From: Catajapyx aquilonaris | Taxonomy: Eukaryota | Direction of reading: 5' to 3' | Assembly: GCA_000934665.2 (NCBI GenBank) | Contig: JYFJ02003736.1 | Coordinates: 1 to 38,292 of the forward strand | Length of the DNA: 38,292 bases | Shown: positions 34,601 to 38,292 of the stretch, one piece after another | How positions within the stretch are numbered: the first letter of the stretch is position 1 | Layout: each line of letters opens with the position of its first letter | The notes under the pieces: model-generated | Seen by the model: only the letters and a program-made list of their open reading frames with translations | Databases searched by the model: none | What the model was told of the DNA's origin: nothing | Made by a program: the position numbers and the translations under genes

Positions 34601-37440
34601 GGGAAGAGGGATAGGAGGGGGGGAGCAGGTGTCCTATATGAAGAACTGTGCTGTGTGTGGTGAGAACATGACCTGGGTACTGTCACACACTTGTCCATCT
34701 CATACGCTCCTATCATGAATCATTCATCCCTGGAAAATTGCATTATCAAAATTAGCCTTTGGCATAAAATTCGGGAGAGCCTGAAAGCTGATGACATCAA
34801 GGGTACAGTCGCACATTAATGAGACTTTGACATAATAGACAGTACAGTAATCTCATTACAATGTCACACTGTGCACATCAGGAAAAAAAAATTGTGTTGT
34901 ACTTACTACCGTAGTAAATAATTGATGACAATATTAATGGACGTCATTAAACCAAAATTAGGCCAAATATTTTATACCTCCTGAAAGTCCGATCGACCTA
35001 TACAACCTCGTCCCAATCTCTTAGGGCCCACACTTAGGAAACCTTCAATTCCCGAAAACCACTATAACCACCCCCTGCTAATTAAATCCCACTCTCCCTC
35101 TGGCTGCCGAGGCTCCTCCTCCCCAAAAAATAATCCGGTTCCGGAAAAATAGGACGTAAAAGGGGTTATATCGATCTGTTTTCTGTCTACTTGGCAAAGA
35201 GCTGGGTTTTTAGAAAGAGAGAAAGAGGGGGGCCAGGGTGGTGGTAGGACAGGTAAAATGTGCTCACGTGAGTACACTGCACTGTTGCATTAGAGATATA
35301 TAGATTTCCAGGGCTACACTGTACAGGGTGAGCCAAAAATGTCACGGAATAATTTGGCCAAATTTGTGAATAATTCAGTCACATCCTACGAATCAAAATG
35401 TATTGAAGGAACGGTAGTTCTCGAGGCAGAAGAAATGCCTGGAACTTCAGTAATCAAATGAAATCCTCGGCTGGAAAAAAAAAAAACTGGGGCAGAGTAC
35501 ATTTTTGGAGAATTTGGCATTCGCTGAAGTGCAAAGTGTTTGAATAAGGAACATTATAGACACTTCATGGTGGGTGAAGCTTACCTATAGTAAGTAATGC
35601 AACATAGCATCACAAAAATTGAATTTTTGTACATTACCCCTACGCTCTCCTTCCAAAAATTCTGATTATACGTATATGACTTGAATTTTTTTTCCTGCGA
35701 GCACTATGGAAGTGCTAGCCGCACGTGGTAAAGAGATTATAAACCCAGTTCTCCATTCCCATCCTGTCCCATTTCCACTTCAGCAACTCCAAAGAGACTC
35801 TTACTTTGAACCAGACCAGTCGCATTATCCACCCCATCCCCACACTAAAACGAAACGGACTTTTTTAAAAAAAAGTCAGACATATCATGTGTTTCTCCCA
35901 ATATAGTTTACACTTCCAAAAAAAATTACCTGTCGATCATTCGTGCCATAGGCAGGACGTAACTTCAAATAGACTTGACAACAAACAGAGCTCACACACA
36001 CAAAAAAGGGCTGTACAGTGTTCCAGGCGTGTCAAGTTTGTATGGAAATGTCCATCAATAGCTGACAGTGCAGGTGTACTTGTAGGTTTGAATTTCGGTT
36101 TTTGACGCGTGGCATGTATAATATAGCCGTTCAAAAATTGGGAGGGTAGAAACCTTTCAGGTATTAAATTTCACAGAGGCCAAGGTGTGTGCTAAAAGTC
36201 AGAGAATCCCTGACTTTTGAAAGCTGGGATACGGATAGTCAAACAGAAGGAGCTTGCATTAAGGTGGCACCAAGAAAAAAAAAGAAGGCGTCGTATAACT
36301 CAGATATCGCTTCTTATGGAAGGTTCTGCCCATAAAAACTGAAGGGCTCTTTTCAGCCTCACCTTTCATTGGCACGACGCCTTCCTATAGGGAAAAAAAG
36401 AGGATTCAGATTTCTGAACACCCTTTCCCTTTGCCCTTTTTTCCACTCTCTTTTCTCCTTTTTTCACCTTATATCGCTGTTCTGCCATCCATGGAACAAA
36501 AAAGCTCTCCTATTCTGTTTCTGCCCTCTTTTCCATGGCTAAAAAAGAACTAGATTTCTTTCCATCCCCCCCCCCCCCTTTTTGCACTCTCTTCTGAAAG
36601 GTTGCCATAGGAATCGCTAGAGATTGATTCCATCACTTCCACCTTTTTTTTATCTGTACGTGATCAAATTGATGACGTCAGATGGATACCCACTCAAGAC
36701 AATATACTAGCCAAATGCAATGCACGAGGCAGCAAATTGAAACCTTGTTGTTATAATATGTCATTATTGTCAAATTAGAATCGCATAATGTTGTATCAGT
36801 CACAAACAAAGTTGTCAGCCCATTTCCCACTGTCCAATGATTCGCCAATATTGTGTTTTTTGGACTAAAAATCAAACTGTACAAGGCAGTGTCCTACACA
36901 TAGGACGCTACATATATCTAGGTTAATAGCCACGCACTCCCGGAATTGATCACCAGAAGCCAGCAACCTTGTGCAAAGCATCAAGTAAACTTCCTTTTGT
37001 CAAGAGGCGGGGGGGTCCCTTTTGTCCAAGCCGACAAAGGCGGCCAACACTGCTCCCTAATTAAGAGTTATGCATAATTTTCTAAATCCCCCAACGCTTC
37101 CCTACCCAGAGGGGAGAGGGGGGGGGGATGAAATAATAGATATATCCACACACGCGCTCGTTTTCTCCCCACAACCCTCCTCCATTCCTGCCATTTCAAA
37201 CGCAGAAACAGATGACGCTTGAGTTAAGGAATTCGCCTGGTGGTTAAAGCTGGAGGGGCCAACCAGATGAGGGGGAACTAGGAAGAGGGGCTTTTGAGAA
37301 ATAAGTCTGGAAGTGCAAATATACCCACAGCTTTGTGGCAACTAACCGTGCTCCTCGATGAAATGCTCATCCAGGTCGTAGGTGTCCACTTCATAGCGGA
37401 GGAAGGAGTCGTCAGCCAGAAGAGGGTCCTGGTGTCGGTT
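25635..37440 (-). CDS. FSTL5: Follistatin-related protein 4/5-like (Kazal/follistatin, EF-hand, two Ig domains, C-terminal beta-propeller); 5' exon not found
   Basis: Exons 37440-37347, 31841-31617, 31279-31077, 31008-30868, 30801-30669 (or 30681), 29098-28814, 28745-28452, 28237-28116, 27880-27743, 27676-27461, 26598-26448, 26328-26128, 26068-25922, 25864-25635; all GT-AG and phase-consistent. Motifs: DPCLVKFCGKGREC..VCGTDGEMYPNHCELHRTAC, DQNNNGALEKEE, VEIKCDVTGTPPPPIVW, DTGAYMCQA, CSWGEAVNVDNRYVYVTQP. Confidence 0.92.
26729..26886. mobile_element. PIF/Harbinger-type MITE in an FSTL5-like intron (related to 18317-18461)
   Basis: TAA|AGCTGCGTTTACATGTGAGCGA...TCGCTCACATGTAAATGCGGAT|TAA; internal arms ATTGTTTGAGGTGAAA / TTTCACCTCAAACAAT. 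Confidence 0.75.
32587..32674. repeat. 25-bp minisatellite, ~3.5 copies
   Basis: Unit CATTACTATATAACCATAAATACT(A/G). Confidence 0.95.
32790..34260 (-). mobile_element. Heavily decayed non-LTR retrotransposon 3' portion in the large FSTL5-like intron
   Basis: Minus-strand relics: GKSWG/GKVWG-like RT-thumb fragments, HWVGGFPGN (weakly RNase H-like), EETV-HVVS*C (C-terminal zinc-knuckle pattern), and a simple-repeat tail at ~32790-32818. Many stops and frameshifts. Confidence 0.45.
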
Positions 37441-38292
37441 CTGAAAAGTCGACAAAAAAATTTGGGGGTTACGTACAGTACATAGAACCAATATTATCTG
37501 GAGTAATCTATATTATTAATACCCGACTGTTATAGAAACTCCTCCCACAGCATGGGGCCTACAGCATTGGGAGTGGTGTCAAAATTTTGCCCATGTTTTC
37601 TTGATTTGCAAACCACTTTTGTATTTTGGAAACGGTGCCCAGGGACTTTGTAAAACGCAAAAAACGTAAATAAAAACGCGACGACGCCAGTTCCATTTCC
37701 GCCGTTCCGGGCGCCACCTCCTGGGTGGCGACTCGCTTACTTCTGCAGCTTCTGCATTTCATCGTCGGATGTCGTTTCGATGCTGCTGCCTAGTGTGGGT
37801 CTCTCTCCACTTTCACACTGTTGATTAATTTTTTGCCACATTTTGGCAAATAATTGATGCCTAGTTGCCACTTAAAATGTGGGCATCTACTGCTGGACAA
37901 ACACTAAATAAATACGCCAAAGATAAATCAGACAATACTGGAATCGATACGCTGCCTAGGCTATAATATCTCAGTATTGATATATCGATTCACATGCTCA
38001 TACTTGAAAGAATGAGAAAAAGTATCGCGTGATTTGCCGATCTTGTTTATTAAAGTTACGAATATTTCCAGGACGTTCCAGCCTCCAATTTAAACCCCCC
38101 AGCAAACTATATCAGTTCAGCACGCATCCAGCCTCTCGAAGGATCCAAAATGACCGTCGGGGTCACAGTTTGCGTAACACCTTTCCTTAGCAAAAGGAGC
38201 TCATTAGCCCCTTCCAGCCTGCTAAAGACCGTCATATCTGGCACGTCCATCGGTAGCACTTGCACTAATGGCGTACCCCCCCCCCCCCCACC

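Noticed and set aside
35322..35400. TA-CAGGGTG Tc1/mariner-like terminus
   Set aside because: No matching opposite TIR found; too fragmentary to annotate.
37559..38292. Possible first (signal-peptide) exon of the FSTL5-like gene
   Set aside because: No ATG-initiated hydrophobic segment ending in a phase-0 donor was found; the exon probably lies beyond the window.

Overview
Eukaryotic, intron-containing genomic window, most likely from an arthropod (pancrustacean); no prokaryotic systems are present. The right half holds three conserved genes whose exon structures I rebuilt by hand. Nup107 (minus, 17302-20570, 6 coding exons, ~931 aa) lies head-to-head with RACK1 (plus, 21103-23073, 4 exons, 317 aa). 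RACK1 converges on a follistatin-related protein 4/5-like gene (minus, 25635-37440, 14 exons seen, first exon not found). The left half is a fast-evolving accessory region. It contains (i) three paralogous genes, largely missed by the ORF track, for small secreted cysteine-rich proteins with two divergent FN3-like domains (two intact, one frameshifted and lacking identifiable 5' exons); (ii) two recent tandem duplications, each with a transposon insertion in one copy and the empty site in the other (a Helitron and a probable retro-element 3' end); (iii) a decayed multi-exon gene of unknown family with a repeated two-exon module; and (iv) many transposon remnants. The Nup107/RACK1 intergenic region carries four fixed-spacing copies of GCGTTCGWACA-N9-TGACGTCA. 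All family assignments are by eye; no database search was run.
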